A DNA stretch of 50,618 bases from Actinomycetota bacterium (GTDB taxonomy: Bacteria; Actinomycetota; UBA4738; HRBIN12), in contig JBQTIP010000149.1 in NCBI GenBank assembly GCA_052388025.1, positions 1 through 50,618 on the forward strand. The letters are read 5' to 3'. The number at the start of each line of letters is the position of its first letter. Position 1 is the first letter of the stretch. Below, piece by piece: positions 16,800-28,085 of this stretch. The position numbers and the translations under genes are program-made. A model generated the notes under the pieces. That model was not told where the DNA came from. It saw nothing but the letters and a program-made list of their open reading frames with translations, and did no database searches.

Positions 16800-18344
16800 T
16801 CACCCGCCGAGGCCCGCCAGCCTCGTCACCTGCAAGAGCCCGTTCACGGCCTCGTCGGTGATGCCGAAGATCAGCCGGGGGAACACGCCGAGCAGGGCGA
16901 TGCCGACCAGGAGCGGCACCCACGAGACCCACTCCACCGCGACGATGTCCGGGAACGCCGCGCTCTTCCACCGCTCGGGGAGGACGCCCATGTTCACGCG
17001 CTGCAGCATCCACAAGAAGTAGCCGGCCGTGAGGATCGTGCCGACTCCGCCGGCCACCATGAACGCCCGGAACACGCCCGTGCTGAGACCCTCCGCCGGG
17101 CTGAAGGAGGACAGGAGCGCCATGACCTCCCCCCAGAACCCGGCCAGACCGGGCAACCCCAGCGAGGCGATCGCCACGAACGCGAAGACGCCGCCCAGGT
17201 ACGGCACCTTCTGCATCATGCCCCCGCCGATCTCCGCGATCTGGCGGGTGTGATACCGGTCGTACACCGAGCCCACGCAGAAGAAGAGCATGCCGGTGAT
17301 GATTCCGTGGGCCACCATCCCGAAGATCGCCGCGTTGATGCCGATCGGCGTGAGGGTGGCGATCCCGAGCATGACGAAGCCCATGTGCCCGACCGACGAG
17401 AACGCGATCAGGCGCTTCAGATCCTTCTGCGCCAGGCAGGCCAGGGCCGCGTACACGATGGCGATGGCCGAGAGCAGCCCGATCCACGGAGCCCATGATC
17501 GGGCGGCGTCGGGCAGGATCGGCAGGGCGATCCGGATGAAACCGTAGGTTCCCATCTTCAGCAGGATGCCGGCAAGCAGCACGGACCCGACGGTCGGGGC
17601 CTCCGTGTGCGCGTCCGGCAGCCACGTGTGGAACGGCCACATCGGCACCTTGACGGCGAATCCCAGGAAGACCGCGGCGAATACCACAAGCTGGAAGCCG
17701 GCGGAGAACCCGCCGGTGGCCGCGAACTCCTGCAGCCGGATGATGTCGAAGGTGTGGGGCGCCGATCGGAAGAACATGCCCAGGAACCCCAGCAACATGA
17801 AGACGCTGCCGAACAGCGTGTAAAGGAAGAACTTGATGGCCGCGTACTCGCGGTTCGCACTCCCCCAGATCCCGATGAGGAAGTACATCGGGACCAGGAC
17901 GAGCTCCCAGAACACGAAGAACAGGACCAGGTCGAAGGCGATGAAGGTGCCGGCCATCCCGGTCTCGAGGAGCAGCATCAGGGCCAGGAACGCCTTGGTC
18001 TTCCCGGGTTGAGGGATGAAGCGCCAGGAGTAGATCGCGCACAGGAACGTGAGCACCAGGGTGAGCTCGAACAGCGGGAGGCTGATTCCGTCGATGCCGA
18101 CGTGGTAGCGCGCGCCGATCGCGCTGATCCACTCGGTGTCGAGCTCGAACTGGAGGCCGGTCCCGGCTCCGAAGTCGAAGCCCGGGATCATGGCGATCCC
18201 AAAGGCCAGCGCGACGCCGCTCACGACGATGCCGAGGCCGCGGATCAGCCGGTCCTTCTCCCTCGGCATCACGGCGATGAGCAGCGCGCCCGCCGCCGGG
18301 AGGAACGTGGCGATCGTGATGGCCGACTTCTCCCACCCGCTCAT
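16800..18344 (-). CDS. nuoM: NADH-quinone oxidoreductase subunit M (second cluster)
   Basis: FFVFWE, KVPMWPFHTWLPDAHTEAPT, LLKMG and IAFSSVGHMG. Confidence 0.95.
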   Translation of the reverse strand: MSGWEKSAITIATFLPAAGALLIAVMPREKDRLIRGLGIVVSGVALAFGIAMIPGFDFGAGTGLQFELDTEWISAIGARYHVGIDGISLPLFELTLVLTFLCAIYSWRFIPQPGKTKAFLALMLLLETGMAGTFIAFDLVLFFVFWELVLVPMYFLIGIWGSANREYAAIKFFLYTLFGSVFMLLGFLGMFFRSAPHTFDIIRLQEFAATGGFSAGFQLVVFAAVFLGFAVKVPMWPFHTWLPDAHTEAPTVGSVLLAGILLKMGTYGFIRIALPILPDAARSWAPWIGLLSAIAIVYAALACLAQKDLKRLIAFSSVGHMGFVMLGIATLTPIGINAAIFGMVAHGIITGMLFFCVGSVYDRYHTRQIAEIGGGMMQKVPYLGGVFAFVAIASLGLPGLAGFWGEVMALLSSFSPAEGLSTGVFRAFMVAGGVGTILTAGYFLWMLQRVNMGVLPERWKSAAFPDIVAVEWVSWVPLLVGIALLGVFPRLIFGITDEAVNGLLQVTRLAGLGG

Positions 18345-18372
18345 CCGGTCTCCTTCTCCTTGTGTCTCGTGA

Positions 18373-20307
18373 TCAGGCCCTGGCGAAGATGATGGCCAGC
18401 AGCACTACGCCCGCGAACAGGAACGCCGCGTATCGCTGGACGTTGCCGGACTGGATGTAGCGCAGGATCCCGCCGGAGAACCCGGCGGTTCGGCCGACGC
18501 CGTTCACGGCGCCGTCGATGCCCTTGCGATCGACGACATCGACGACCCGCGAGAGTCCCCGAGCGGCCATCGCAAACGCGTGGACGATGCCGTCCAGGAC
18601 GTTGGTGTTGAACCAGTTGGCGGCGGCCGACAGCCGGTACTGGATCGGCCTGACGATCCCGCGCAGGTAGATGTCGTCGAGGTAGTACTTGTGCTCGAGC
18701 AGCGTGTAAGCGGGCCCGAGCGCACGGAGGGGCTCCCACTCACGCCAGCGCGAGTACAGCCGGTACCCGACGGCCAGTCCGAGCAGCGCGCCGCCGATCG
18801 AGAGCGCGGCGAACCCGTAGGAGAAGGGCTCCGCACGGACCTCGCCGGGGAGGCGAACCCAGTCCGCGAACACCCCGTTCAATTGAGGGGCCCCGAGGAA
18901 CCCGGCCACGCACGACAGGCCTGCAAGCGCGACGAGCGGGCCGGTGATCGAGGCCGAGGACTCGTGCGGGTGGCCCTGCCCGCGATACGCGCCGAAGAAT
19001 GTCAGCAGGACCGCCCGCGTCATGTAGAAGGCGGTGATGACCGCCGTGAGGAGCGCGACCGCCCAGAGCGCGAAGTTCCCATCGCGAAACGCAGCCGTGA
19101 TGATCTCGTCCTTGGACCAGAAGCCGGCGAGCGGCGGGATCCCGGCGAGCGCCGCCGAGCCGATCGCGAACGTGAAGAACGTCACCCGCATCGGCCTCCG
19201 AAGACCTCCCATGTCGCTCATGTAGTTCGAGTGGACCGCGTGGATGACCGAGCCGGCGGCGAGGAACAGAAGCGCTTTGAAGAAGGCGTGTGTGAACAGG
19301 TGGAAGAGGCCGGCCGTGTAGCCCGCGTTCCCCAGGGACAGCCCCGCCACCATGTAGGCGAGCTGGGACACCGTCGAGTACGCGAGCACCCGCTTGATGT
19401 CGTCCTGGATCATGGCCAGGAGCGCCGCGATCAGCATCGTGATGCCGGCAATCACGGAGACGAACGTCAGCACGAACTCATTGGCGTTCACGAACACCTC
19501 GAACATGCGGCCGACGAGGTAAACGCCGGCGGCTACCATCGTCGCCGCGTGGATCAGGGCGGAGACCGGCGTCGGACCGGCCATCGCGTCGGGCAGCCAC
19601 ACGTGCAGAGGGAACTGCGCGGACTTCCCGATCGTGCCTCCGAACAGGAGGAGGGCAGCCCCGGTCAAGAGCACCGTGGAGATCTCCCCGCTCGCCGCCA
19701 TCTCCGAGATCTCGCGGATATTGGACGTACGAAATCCGGTCGCGAACACCAACGTGAAGATGCCGAAGAGGAACGGGATGTCGCCGATCCGCGTCGTGAT
19801 GAAGGCCTTGATGGCGGCGTCGGAGTTCGCCTTCTCCTCCCACCAGTGGCCGATCAGCAGGTACGAGCAGACCCCCATGACCTCCCATCCCACGAGGAGC
19901 AGGAAGAGGTTGTTCGCGATGACGACGTCCAGCATCGAAGCCGTGAAGATCGACAGCGCGACGTAGAACCAGGTGTAACGGGCGTCTCCGTGCATGTATC
20001 CGAGCGAGTAGACGTGCACGCAGAGCGAGACCGTCATGACGACGATCAACATGACCGCCGTGAGGCCGTCGACGTACTGCCCCAGCTCCACCTCGAAGGG
20101 TCCGATCCGGAACCACGACATTGAGCTCTGGTATGGGCTCCCGCCGGTTACGAAGTGCCACAGGACGGCGAGCGACAGGACCAGGCCGGCACCGATTGCC
20201 GCGATGCCGTAGACGGGTCCCTTCCCGGGCGTCCGTTTGCCGAAGAACAGGGTGAGTCCGGCCGACGCGAGCGGAAGAGCCGCGATGATCCACGTGTACC
20301 TGATCAC
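18373..20307 (-). CDS. nuoL: NADH-quinone oxidoreductase subunit L (second cluster)
   Basis: GKSAQFPLHVWLPDAMAGPTPVSALIHAATMV and HAFFKALLFL. Confidence 0.95.
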   Translation of the reverse strand: MIRYTWIIAALPLASAGLTLFFGKRTPGKGPVYGIAAIGAGLVLSLAVLWHFVTGGSPYQSSMSWFRIGPFEVELGQYVDGLTAVMLIVVMTVSLCVHVYSLGYMHGDARYTWFYVALSIFTASMLDVVIANNLFLLLVGWEVMGVCSYLLIGHWWEEKANSDAAIKAFITTRIGDIPFLFGIFTLVFATGFRTSNIREISEMAASGEISTVLLTGAALLLFGGTIGKSAQFPLHVWLPDAMAGPTPVSALIHAATMVAAGVYLVGRMFEVFVNANEFVLTFVSVIAGITMLIAALLAMIQDDIKRVLAYSTVSQLAYMVAGLSLGNAGYTAGLFHLFTHAFFKALLFLAAGSVIHAVHSNYMSDMGGLRRPMRVTFFTFAIGSAALAGIPPLAGFWSKDEIITAAFRDGNFALWAVALLTAVITAFYMTRAVLLTFFGAYRGQGHPHESSASITGPLVALAGLSCVAGFLGAPQLNGVFADWVRLPGEVRAEPFSYGFAALSIGGALLGLAVGYRLYSRWREWEPLRALGPAYTLLEHKYYLDDIYLRGIVRPIQYRLSAAANWFNTNVLDGIVHAFAMAARGLSRVVDVVDRKGIDGAVNGVGRTAGFSGGILRYIQSGNVQRYAAFLFAGVVLLAIIFARA

Positions 20308-20311
20308 GCGA

Positions 20312-20614
20312 TCACCATTTCAGGAGGCTGACCTCGTCGATGTTGATCGTCTCTCGGTTGCGGTAGATCAGGATGACGATGGCGAGGCCGATCCCGACCT
20401 CGGCCGCCGCCACCGCGATCACGAACAGCGCGAAGACCTGCGCCCCAATGTCCGAGAGCGCCTGCGAGAAGGCAACGAGGTTCACGTTGACCGCGTTCAG
20501 CATCAGCTCGATCGACATCAGCACGAGCACCGCGTTGCGGCGCGCGAGCACGCCGTAAACGCCGGCCGAGAACAGGATCGCTGAGAAGAACAGCACGAGA
20601 GGCAGGCGGATCAT
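20312..20614 (-). CDS. nuoK: NADH-quinone oxidoreductase subunit K (second cluster)
   Basis: MSIELMLN and [10 protein letters not shown]. Confidence 0.95.
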   Translation of the reverse strand: MIRLPLVLFFSAILFSAGVYGVLARRNAVLVLMSIELMLNAVNVNLVAFSQALSDIGAQVFALFVIAVAAAEVGIGLAIVILIYRNRETINIDEVSLLKW

Positions 20615-21111
20615 CGCTGGTCGTCCTTCCGGGCAAGGACCACGGCCCCGATCAGCGCGGCGAGGAGCACGAAGGACACCGCCTCGAACGGGAGCACGAA
20701 GTCGCGGAAGATCGACTCCCCGACGGCGCCGGTCGTCGCCTGGAAGGTCTCGATCTTAGGATCCGACCACAGGAACGCGTCCTGGATCAGGAACACCAGG
20801 CCCGCGAGCACACCGAGCGCGACCAGCGCCGCCAAGCCGCGCTGCTGGTTGTCCAGCGCCTCGCGGCCGATCGGCGCCTTCGTGAGCATCAGCCCGAACA
20901 GGAACAGGATCACGATCGCGCCGACGTAGATCAGGATCTGAACCCAGGCCACGAACTCCGCGGCGAGGACCAGGTAGACGCCGCCGACGGAGGCGAGGGT
21001 CACGACGAGGTAGAGGGCCCCGTGCACGACGTTCTTGGTCGTGACGAGGCGCACGGCCGCGACCGTCCCCACCAGGGCGAGCACGACGAACGCGTATTCC
21101 TGCGCGCTCAC
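20611..21111 (-). CDS. nuoJ: NADH-quinone oxidoreductase subunit J (second cluster)
   Basis: QILIYVGAI and LPFEAVS. Confidence 0.93.
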   Translation of the reverse strand: MSAQEYAFVVLALVGTVAAVRLVTTKNVVHGALYLVVTLASVGGVYLVLAAEFVAWVQILIYVGAIVILFLFGLMLTKAPIGREALDNQQRGLAALVALGVLAGLVFLIQDAFLWSDPKIETFQATTGAVGESIFRDFVLPFEAVSFVLLAALIGAVVLARKDDQR

Positions 21112-21118
21112 GTCGCGG

Positions 21119-21667
21119 CTAACCCTCCCCGTCCGCGGACACCGACGCCTCGGGGGCGGGCTCGGCCCCCTCCTCGAGCTCGGGCGGCGGAAGGACCTTG
21201 TACGTCCACTCCTCCAGACGCTCCTTCTCGTGAGTCAGCTCCGAGATCCCGTACTCCGCGTACTCGAACTCCGGGCTCCAGAACAGCGCGTCGAACGGGC
21301 AGACCTCCACGCAGATCCCGCAGTACATGCAGAGGGCGTAGTCGATCGCGAAACGGTCGAGCACCTTCACCGAGCGGGCCCGCCCGCCGCCCGCCGGATC
21401 GTGGGTCTCCTTGTGCGCCTCGATGTAGATGCACCAATCGGGGCACTCCCGCGAGCACTTCCAGCAGACGGTGCAGTTGGCCTCCTTGAGGGCGATGACG
21501 CCCCGGGTCCGGGGCGGAAGGTCGGGCTTCTCGTGCGGGTACTGCTGCGTCACCGAGGGCTTGAGCAGGGTCTTCAGCGTTACCCCCAGGCCCTTCAGCA
21601 AGCCAAGGCCGAATCCGCGCTCCGGCGCCTGCTCCATTCCCGATCCCCGCCCCGTGTCGATCGCCAC
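21119..21667 (-). CDS. nuoI: NADH-quinone oxidoreductase subunit I (second cluster)
   Basis: Two CxxCxxCxxxCP motifs ([24 protein letters not shown]); start GTG 21667 or ATG 21637. Confidence 0.92.
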   Translation of the reverse strand: MAIDTGRGSGMEQAPERGFGLGLLKGLGVTLKTLLKPSVTQQYPHEKPDLPPRTRGVIALKEANCTVCWKCSRECPDWCIYIEAHKETHDPAGGGRARSVKVLDRFAIDYALCMYCGICVEVCPFDALFWSPEFEYAEYGISELTHEKERLEEWTYKVLPPPELEEGAEPAPEASVSADGEG

Positions 21668-21678
21668 TGCGCCGGCCC

Positions 21679-22683
21679 CTACCTCACCGCGACCTTGACA
21701 AACCCGACGACCATGATCTGCAGTAGCGAGACTGGGATCAGCGCCAGCCACGAGAATCGCTGCAGCTGGTCCTCCCGGAGCCTCGGATAGGTCGCCCGGA
21801 GCCAGATGATGAAGAACGAGAGCGCGCCGATCTTCGCCGCCATCCACAAGGGCTCCGGCAGCGGAAGCAGCAGGCCGCGGTAGCCCCCCAGATACAGCAC
21901 GGACGCGATCGCGGAGAGGGCCACGATGCCGCCGTACTCGGCGAGGAGGAAGAACGCGAACTTGAGCCCCGTGTACTCCGTGTAGGCCCCGAATATGATC
22001 TCCGAGTCCGCGACCGGCATGTCGAACGGCGGCCGCGTCAGCTCCGCGAGGGACGCCACGAGGAAGATGACGAACCCGACCGGCTGAGTCAGCACGAACC
22101 AGTACCGGTCCTGCGCCTCGGCGATGCCGATCATGGATAGCGTCCCCGCCTGCATCACTACGGCCGCCGACGCAAGCACGAGCGGCAGCTCGTAGGCGAT
22201 GAGCTGCGCGGCCGCCCGGAGCGCCCCGATCAGCGAGAACTTGTTCGCGGAGGCCCACCCGGCCATGAGAACGCCGATCACCGAGACCGAGGACATGGCC
22301 AGCACGAAGAAGATCCCCACGTCGAGGTTCAGCGCGAACACCCGCGAGCTGAACGGGATCACCACGAAGATGACGACGTAAGGGACCATCGCCACCGCCG
22401 GGGCCAGCGAGAACACCCAGTGATCGGCCGCTCGCGGGACCACATCCTCCTTCTGGATGAACTTGACGCCGTCGGCGATGAGCTGCGCCCATCCGTGGAA
22501 GACACCGGCTTCCATGGGGCCGAGGCGAGCCTGCATGTGGGCGAGCACCTTGTGCTCCGCATACCCCACCACCATCGGGGCCGTGAGGAAGAAGATGAGC
22601 ACGACGCCGGCCTTGATCAGGAGGATGACCCAGAAGTTGTCGAAGAAATCGTTGACGATGCTCACCCCGGCCTGGGCGATCAC
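21679..22683 (-). CDS. nuoH: NADH-quinone oxidoreductase subunit H (second cluster)
   Basis: [24 protein letters not shown] and YPRLREDQL. Confidence 0.95.
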   Translation of the reverse strand: MIAQAGVSIVNDFFDNFWVILLIKAGVVLIFFLTAPMVVGYAEHKVLAHMQARLGPMEAGVFHGWAQLIADGVKFIQKEDVVPRAADHWVFSLAPAVAMVPYVVIFVVIPFSSRVFALNLDVGIFFVLAMSSVSVIGVLMAGWASANKFSLIGALRAAAQLIAYELPLVLASAAVVMQAGTLSMIGIAEAQDRYWFVLTQPVGFVIFLVASLAELTRPPFDMPVADSEIIFGAYTEYTGLKFAFFLLAEYGGIVALSAIASVLYLGGYRGLLLPLPEPLWMAAKIGALSFFIIWLRATYPRLREDQLQRFSWLALIPVSLLQIMVVGFVKVAVR

Positions 22684-23207
22684 TCTTCCTCTTCCTCCTC
22701 CTCACCCGGGGCGGCACCCGGCCAGGGCTTGGCCTCCCGGCTCATGAGCGGGAAATCTTTGCGGAGGGGGTGGCCTTCGAACGGCTCCGGCAGGAGCAGC
22801 TTGACCGGCTGCGGGTGTCCCTCGAACGCGATCCCGAACATCTCCGTGGTCTCGCGTTCGTGCCAGTTCGCCCCGGCGTAGACGTCGGAGAGCGTCGGGC
22901 AGACCGGGTCGTCGTGAGACAGGCGCACCTTCAGGCGGACGTTGTGGTGGTGGGTCGTTGAGAACAGGTGGGTCACGACCTCGAAGCCCCGATCCTCGAA
23001 GTCCACGCCGCCGGTGAAGTCGCAGTAGTCCAGTGCGAGGTCGGGCTCGTCGCGGAGGAACGTGGCGATCTCCCGGTACCGTTGCGCCGGAACCGTCGCC
23101 ACGGCGTGCCCGGACTGGTCCTGGAACTCGAGGATGTCCTCCCCGAACTGGGCCCTCAAGCGTGCCTCGACCTCAGGAGGAGGCAGCGGGCGCGGTGAGC
23201 TTGCCAC
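22680..23207 (-). CDS. nuoC: NADH-quinone oxidoreductase subunit C (second cluster)
   Basis: ANWHERE, FEGHP and HPLRKDFPL; poly-Glu tail. Confidence 0.93.
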   Translation of the reverse strand: MASSPRPLPPPEVEARLRAQFGEDILEFQDQSGHAVATVPAQRYREIATFLRDEPDLALDYCDFTGGVDFEDRGFEVVTHLFSTTHHHNVRLKVRLSHDDPVCPTLSDVYAGANWHERETTEMFGIAFEGHPQPVKLLLPEPFEGHPLRKDFPLMSREAKPWPGAAPGEEEEEEE

Positions 23208-23682
23208 TGAACTTCTCCCTGATGTCCTCGCCGGCGATCTTCTCCTGGAGCTTGACGATCCCGTGCAAGAGCGCCTCCGGCCGCGGGGGACACCCGGGGA
23301 CGTAGACGTCGATCGGGATGATCTGGTCGACGCCCTTCGTCACCGAGTACGAGTCCCAGTAGGGGCCGCCGCAGTTGGAGCACGATCCGAACGAGATCAC
23401 GTACTTCGGTTCGGGGATCTGGTCGTACACGCGCTTCAAGGCCGGAGCCATCTTGTCGGTCACGGTGCCGGCCACCACGAGCAGATCCGCCTGCCGGGGG
23501 CCATGGGCGAACGGGATCACGCCGAGGCGAATGAAGTCGTGCTTCGAGGTGGAGGTCGCGATCAGCTCTATGGCGCAGCAGGCCAGCCCGAAGTTCATGA
23601 CCCAGAGCGAGTACCGTCGCCCCCAGTTCAGGATGAACTTCACGGGCTGGGGCAGCGGCAGGTTCTCGGTGATCAGACCCAC
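23173..23682 (-). CDS. nuoB: NADH-quinone oxidoreductase subunit B (second cluster)
   Basis: [13 protein letters not shown] and VPGCPPRPE; start taken as GTG 23682. Confidence 0.95.
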   Translation of the reverse strand: MGLITENLPLPQPVKFILNWGRRYSLWVMNFGLACCAIELIATSTSKHDFIRLGVIPFAHGPRQADLLVVAGTVTDKMAPALKRVYDQIPEPKYVISFGSCSNCGGPYWDSYSVTKGVDQIIPIDVYVPGCPPRPEALLHGIVKLQEKIAGEDIREKFSGKLTAPAASS

Positions 23683-24038
23683 TTGAGCACGCCCTTGCGC
23701 CACCCGTACAGGAGCCCCGTAGCCAGGATCCCGATGAAGACACCCATCTCGACGACCGCCGTGTAGCCGAGGCCCTCGAAGACCCGGGCCCAGGGGAACA
23801 GGAACACGGCCTCGACGTCGAAGATGACGAACAGGAAGCCGTAGATGTAGTAACGCACCTGGCTCTGCGACCAGCCCTCTCCAACCGGGTCGATGCCGCA
23901 CTCGTAGGTGGTGAGCTTCTCGGGGAGCGGGCGCCGGGGTGCCATCAAGCGGGCGGTCCCGATCGCCACCGCGACGAGGCCGGCGCCGGCGACTACGACC
24001 GCGAGGACGACCCCGTAGGATTGGTAGTAGGTCTCCAC
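23673..24038 (-). CDS. nuoA: NADH-quinone oxidoreductase subunit A (second cluster)
   Basis: YECGIDP and [12 protein letters not shown]; start taken as GTG 24038, downstream of the promoter/operator. Confidence 0.93.
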   Translation of the reverse strand: METYYQSYGVVLAVVVAGAGLVAVAIGTARLMAPRRPLPEKLTTYECGIDPVGEGWSQSQVRYYIYGFLFVIFDVEAVFLFPWARVFEGLGYTAVVEMGVFIGILATGLLYGWRKGVLKWV

Positions 24039-24040
24039 GC

Positions 24041-24073
24041 TTGTGAAAGGTTTCCCAAGCGCGGATTCTAGCA
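24041..24073 (-). promoter_or_regulatory. Rex-type operator and extended -10 of the second nuo operon
   Basis: TTGTGAA-AGGT-TTCCCAA at 24041-24058 (one mismatch to TTGTGAA-N4-TTCACAA); TGCTAGAAT on the minus strand at 24073-24065. Confidence 0.75.
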
Positions 24074-24082
24074 GTGGGTGCA

Positions 24083-25090
24083 TCAGCCCTGCCTCGCGCC
24101 GCAGCGAAAGGCGAGGAACTCGGCCAGGCGCACCAGGGCGGTGTGGGCGGCGCCCTCGGGTAGGCGCCCGGCCAGGCCCGTCGCCCGGTCGACCTCGCGG
24201 GCGACAGCCTCACGAGCGTGGGCTAGGCTCCCATCGCCCCGCACGATCTCGAGAGCCCGATCGAGACGGTCGCCGTCCGGAGGCCCCGGGGCAAGCAGCC
24301 GCGCCAGCTCGTCTCGCCGGTCGCCCTCGGAGAGCGCGTGGAGAACGGGGAGCGTGTACACGCCCTCCCGCATGTCGACCCCCGGCTCCTTGCCCAGCTC
24401 GAGCTGGCTGGCCGTCACATCCATGATGTCGTCGGACAGCTGGAAGGCCATGCCCAGGGACTCGCCGAAGGCCTCGAGCGTGTCCAAGTACTCGGGCGGT
24501 GTGTCCGACAGCACGCCCCCCAGCCGGCAAGAGGTGGCGATCAGCGCGCCGGTCTTGCGACGGATGATCTCCATGTAGGACTCCTCGCGCTGGTCGACCC
24601 TCCCCGAGACATCGACCTCGCGGATCTGCCCGTCGCAGAGCACTGCGATCGTGCGGGCGAGGAGCCGGCAGATCTCGGTGCCGAGGTCGGTGGAGATCTC
24701 CGAAGCGCGGGCGAACAGATAGTCCCCGGTCAGGATCGCGACCGTGTTGCCCCACCGCGCGTTCACCGACGGGATGCCGCGGCGGGAGTCCGCCTCGTCG
24801 ATCACGTCGTCGTGGTAGAGCGTCGCCAGATGGACCAGCTCGATCGCCACCGAGCCCGGGACGAGCCGCGGGTCCCGAGGATCCCCGAAGTAGCCCGAGA
24901 GCAGCACGAGCATCGGCCGGAAGCGCTTGCCTCCGGCGGACAGCAGGTAGGAGGACGTCGCCGCAAGCAGGTCGGAGTCAGCGTTGACGGCCTTCTCCAG
25001 CGCGGCCTCCACCTCGTCCAGACGGCCTCGGATCTCGCCCTCGAGCACCACGTCCGGCGCCTCGAGCCCGGGAATGACCCTCCTGCTCAT
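24083..25090 (-). CDS. Long-chain polyprenyl diphosphate synthase (menaquinone side chain, HepST/GrcC-like)
   Basis: [19 protein letters not shown] (Ala upstream of FARM), GDYL and FQLSDDIMD...GKEPG.D.REG. Confidence 0.92.
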   Translation of the reverse strand: MSRRVIPGLEAPDVVLEGEIRGRLDEVEAALEKAVNADSDLLAATSSYLLSAGGKRFRPMLVLLSGYFGDPRDPRLVPGSVAIELVHLATLYHDDVIDEADSRRGIPSVNARWGNTVAILTGDYLFARASEISTDLGTEICRLLARTIAVLCDGQIREVDVSGRVDQREESYMEIIRRKTGALIATSCRLGGVLSDTPPEYLDTLEAFGESLGMAFQLSDDIMDVTASQLELGKEPGVDMREGVYTLPVLHALSEGDRRDELARLLAPGPPDGDRLDRALEIVRGDGSLAHAREAVAREVDRATGLAGRLPEGAAHTALVRLAEFLAFRCGARQG

Positions 25091-25121
25091 GGGACGGACT
25101 CTATACGGGTCTCGGTTTCCA

Positions 25122-26570
25122 TCACCATCGGAGGATCGCCGCCTCCTCGAGGACTCCCAGCACGATCTGGGGGAACACGCCGAGCAGCAGCGTGAGCATC
25201 GCAGGGACCGCGATCGCGACCCTCGGAGCGAGGGACTCGTCGGGCTGCAACTCGTCCCTCGGCTCTTGCATGTACATGAGGACGATCAAGCGGATATAGA
25301 AGAACGCGGCCGCGACGCTCGCCAGCACGCCGATCAGCACGAGCGGCCAGTGGCCGGCCCGGACCGCCGCCCCGAAAACGTTCACCTTCGCGATGAATCC
25401 GGCGGTGGGAGGGATCCCGGCCAGGGAGAGTAGGAAGAGCGTCATGAGACCGGCCAGGAGCGGGCTCCGGCGGGCGAGTCCCGAGTACGAGGAGAGTGCC
25501 GTCCGCTCCTCTCCACGGCTTGAGACCAGCATGACCACTCCGAACGCTCCGAGGATCATCACCGCGTAGGCGAGCAGGTAGAACAGCGCCGACTGGATCC
25601 CGTCCTGGTTCGCCGCGGTCAGCCCCATGAGCACGAAGCCGGCGTGGGCGATGCTCGAGTACGCAAGCATCCGCTTAACATCGGTCTGCGCGATGGCGAG
25701 CAGGCTGCCCAGGAGCACGGTGGCCCCAGCGAGCACCCACATCAAAGGGGTCCAGCTCCAAGAGAGCGGCTGGAACGCCACGTTGAATACGCGGATCAGC
25801 GCCGCGAAGGCCGCGACCTTGGTGCCCGCCGACATGAACGCCGTGACCGGTGTAGGCGCCCCCTGATAGACGTCGGGCGTCCACATGTGGAAGGGCACGG
25901 CGGCTACCTTGAACGCGAACCCGACCGCCAGGAAACTCACCGCCACGAGCGCGAGCGCCTGCGTCCCGGTCCGGCCGGCGAGCGCGTTCGCGATCCCGCC
26001 GAGGTGCGTGGTGCCCGCGGCGCCGTACGCGAGCGCCACGCCGTAGAGGAAGAACGCCGACGAGAACGCGCCGAGCAGGAAGTACTTCATCGCTGCCTCG
26101 CTCGACGACAGCCGAAACGAGAACCCGGTCAGCACGTAGAGCGAGAGCGAGAGGATCTCCAGTGCAAGGAACACGACGATCAGGTCGGATGCCGCCGCGA
26201 TGAGGGTCATCCCGGCCGTCGCGAACAGCAGGAGCGGATAGAACTCGGCTCGCTCCTCTCCGGCGCGCCCGAAGTAATGGAAGCCGAACAGCGATCCCAT
26301 GAACGCGACCCCGAGCAGGATCAGCCGGGCGGCGACGGCGAACCGGTCGGTCGCGACCATTCCGCCGAGGACTGTGGGGCCGCCGTCCCAGTCCCAAAGC
26401 AGCAACGACGCGACGGCGGCCGCCCCTATACCGGCGAGCGAGACGAGCAGCAGTACCGCCGGCGGGGTTCGCCGGGCGATCGCTCCGAGCAGGAGCACGA
26501 CGATCGCCACCCCGGTCAGGATGAGCTCCGGCGCGAGCGGCCCGAACCTGAGCGACGGCGTAGGCGGCAT
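25122..26570 (-). CDS. nuoN: NADH-quinone oxidoreductase subunit N
   Basis: [21 protein letters not shown] and [11 protein letters not shown]. Confidence 0.95.
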   Translation of the reverse strand: MPPTPSLRFGPLAPELILTGVAIVVLLLGAIARRTPPAVLLLVSLAGIGAAAVASLLLWDWDGGPTVLGGMVATDRFAVAARLILLGVAFMGSLFGFHYFGRAGEERAEFYPLLLFATAGMTLIAAASDLIVVFLALEILSLSLYVLTGFSFRLSSSEAAMKYFLLGAFSSAFFLYGVALAYGAAGTTHLGGIANALAGRTGTQALALVAVSFLAVGFAFKVAAVPFHMWTPDVYQGAPTPVTAFMSAGTKVAAFAALIRVFNVAFQPLSWSWTPLMWVLAGATVLLGSLLAIAQTDVKRMLAYSSIAHAGFVLMGLTAANQDGIQSALFYLLAYAVMILGAFGVVMLVSSRGEERTALSSYSGLARRSPLLAGLMTLFLLSLAGIPPTAGFIAKVNVFGAAVRAGHWPLVLIGVLASVAAAFFYIRLIVLMYMQEPRDELQPDESLAPRVAIAVPAMLTLLLGVFPQIVLGVLEEAAILRW

Positions 26571-28085
26571 CTACGGCGCCTCCTCGGCGGCGACCGAGCC
26601 GGCGTCGGGGCTGTCCTCGGGCGCGACCTGCTGCACGATGCTTGCCGTCGTCGGGTTGATCCGGTCCAGCAGCAGCTTGGGGTAGACGCCGATGACGAGG
26701 ATCGCTGCGACCACCGGCGCGAGGACCGCGAACTCGCGAACGGACAGGTCGGGATGCTTCGAGTGCCGCTCGGGCACCGGTCCGTGCGCCATCCGCTGGT
26801 ATGCCCACAGAAGGTAGATGGCGGCGAGCACCACGCCTGCCGCTGCGATCGCACCGAAGGCCCGGTTGGAGGCAAATGTTCCGAGGATGACCAGGAACTC
26901 CCCGACGAAGTTGTTGAGCCCGGGGAGACCGAGCGACGAGAGCGCGACGAACAGGAACGTCCCGGCGAGCCACGGCGTGACCTTCGCGAGCCCGCCCATC
27001 TCGTGGAGGTCCCGCGTGTGCGTGCGTTCGTAGACCATCCCGACGAGCAGGAACAGCGCGCCCGTGGACAGCCCGTGGTTCACCATCTGGAGGACGCCGC
27101 CGGAGACCGAAGCCTGTGTGAACGCGAACGTCCCCAGCACGACGAACCCCAGGTGCGAGACCGACGAGTACGCCACCAGCCGCTTTACATCGGTCTGGAT
27201 CAGCGCGACGATCGCCCCGTAGACGATGCCGATGAGGGCAAGGACCTGGACGAAGGTCGCGAAATACCGGGAGGCCTCCGGGAACAGCGCGAGGTTGAAC
27301 CGCAACAGGCCGTACGCGCCGATCTTCAGGAGCACGGCGGCGAGGATCACCGATCCCGCCGTCGGCGCCTCCGTGTGCGCGTCCGGGAGCCACGTGTGCA
27401 GCGGGAAGAGCGGCACCTTCACGGCGAACGCGATGAAGAACGCGAGGAAGAGCCACCGGCCCGCGGTGGCCGAAAGAGCGAGGCCCGTCAGCTCCCTGAC
27501 GTCGAAAGTGGGCCGCCCAAGCAGCGAGCCGGACTTGAAGTAGAGGAACAGGATCGCCACGAAGAGGAACGCGGACCCGAACATCGTGAACAGGAAGAAC
27601 TTCACCGCGGCGTAGATCCGGCGCTCTCCGCCCCAGCCCCCGATGATCAGGTACATCGGGAAGAGGATGGCCTCGAAGAACAGGAAGAAGAGCAGCAGGT
27701 CGAGCGCCATGAACACGCCCAGCATTCCCGTCTCGAGGAACAGCATCCCGGCCATGTACAGGCGGACCTGCTTGTCGATCTTCCAAGATGCGAGGATCGC
27801 GACCGGCATCAGGAACGTCGTCAGCAGAACCATGAACAGGCTGATCCCGTCCACGCCTAGCGTGTAACGGAAGCCCAGGGAGCGCACCCACGTCGCGCTC
27901 TCAACCAGCTGGAACCCCGACCTCGCGCCGTCGAACGCGCCGAGCGCGCCGAGCGACACGAGGAAGGCAGCGATCGAGCTAACAAGCGCGATGGCCCTCG
28001 CGACCTCGTCTCGCATCCCGCGGCCCGCGAGCAGGATCGGAACACCCGCCAGCGGCAGGAACGTCGTGACCGTGAGCCAGCGCAT
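26571..28085 (-). CDS. nuoM: NADH-quinone oxidoreductase subunit M
   Basis: KVPLFPLHTWLPDAHTEAP and AYSSVSHLG. Confidence 0.95.
   Translation of the reverse strand: MRWLTVTTFLPLAGVPILLAGRGMRDEVARAIALVSSIAAFLVSLGALGAFDGARSGFQLVESATWVRSLGFRYTLGVDGISLFMVLLTTFLMPVAILASWKIDKQVRLYMAGMLFLETGMLGVFMALDLLLFFLFFEAILFPMYLIIGGWGGERRIYAAVKFFLFTMFGSAFLFVAILFLYFKSGSLLGRPTFDVRELTGLALSATAGRWLFLAFFIAFAVKVPLFPLHTWLPDAHTEAPTAGSVILAAVLLKIGAYGLLRFNLALFPEASRYFATFVQVLALIGIVYGAIVALIQTDVKRLVAYSSVSHLGFVVLGTFAFTQASVSGGVLQMVNHGLSTGALFLLVGMVYERTHTRDLHEMGGLAKVTPWLAGTFLFVALSSLGLPGLNNFVGEFLVILGTFASNRAFGAIAAAGVVLAAIYLLWAYQRMAHGPVPERHSKHPDLSVREFAVLAPVVAAILVIGVYPKLLLDRINPTTASIVQQVAPEDSPDAGSVAAEEAP

Noticed and set aside
14438-16861. 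Long antisense or alternate-frame ORFs (e.g. 14438-16861, 25644-27860, 32901-35030, 46489-48912, 923-1825)
   Set aside because: These are shadow ORFs expected from high-GC codon bias over clearly assigned genes, and they show no motifs.
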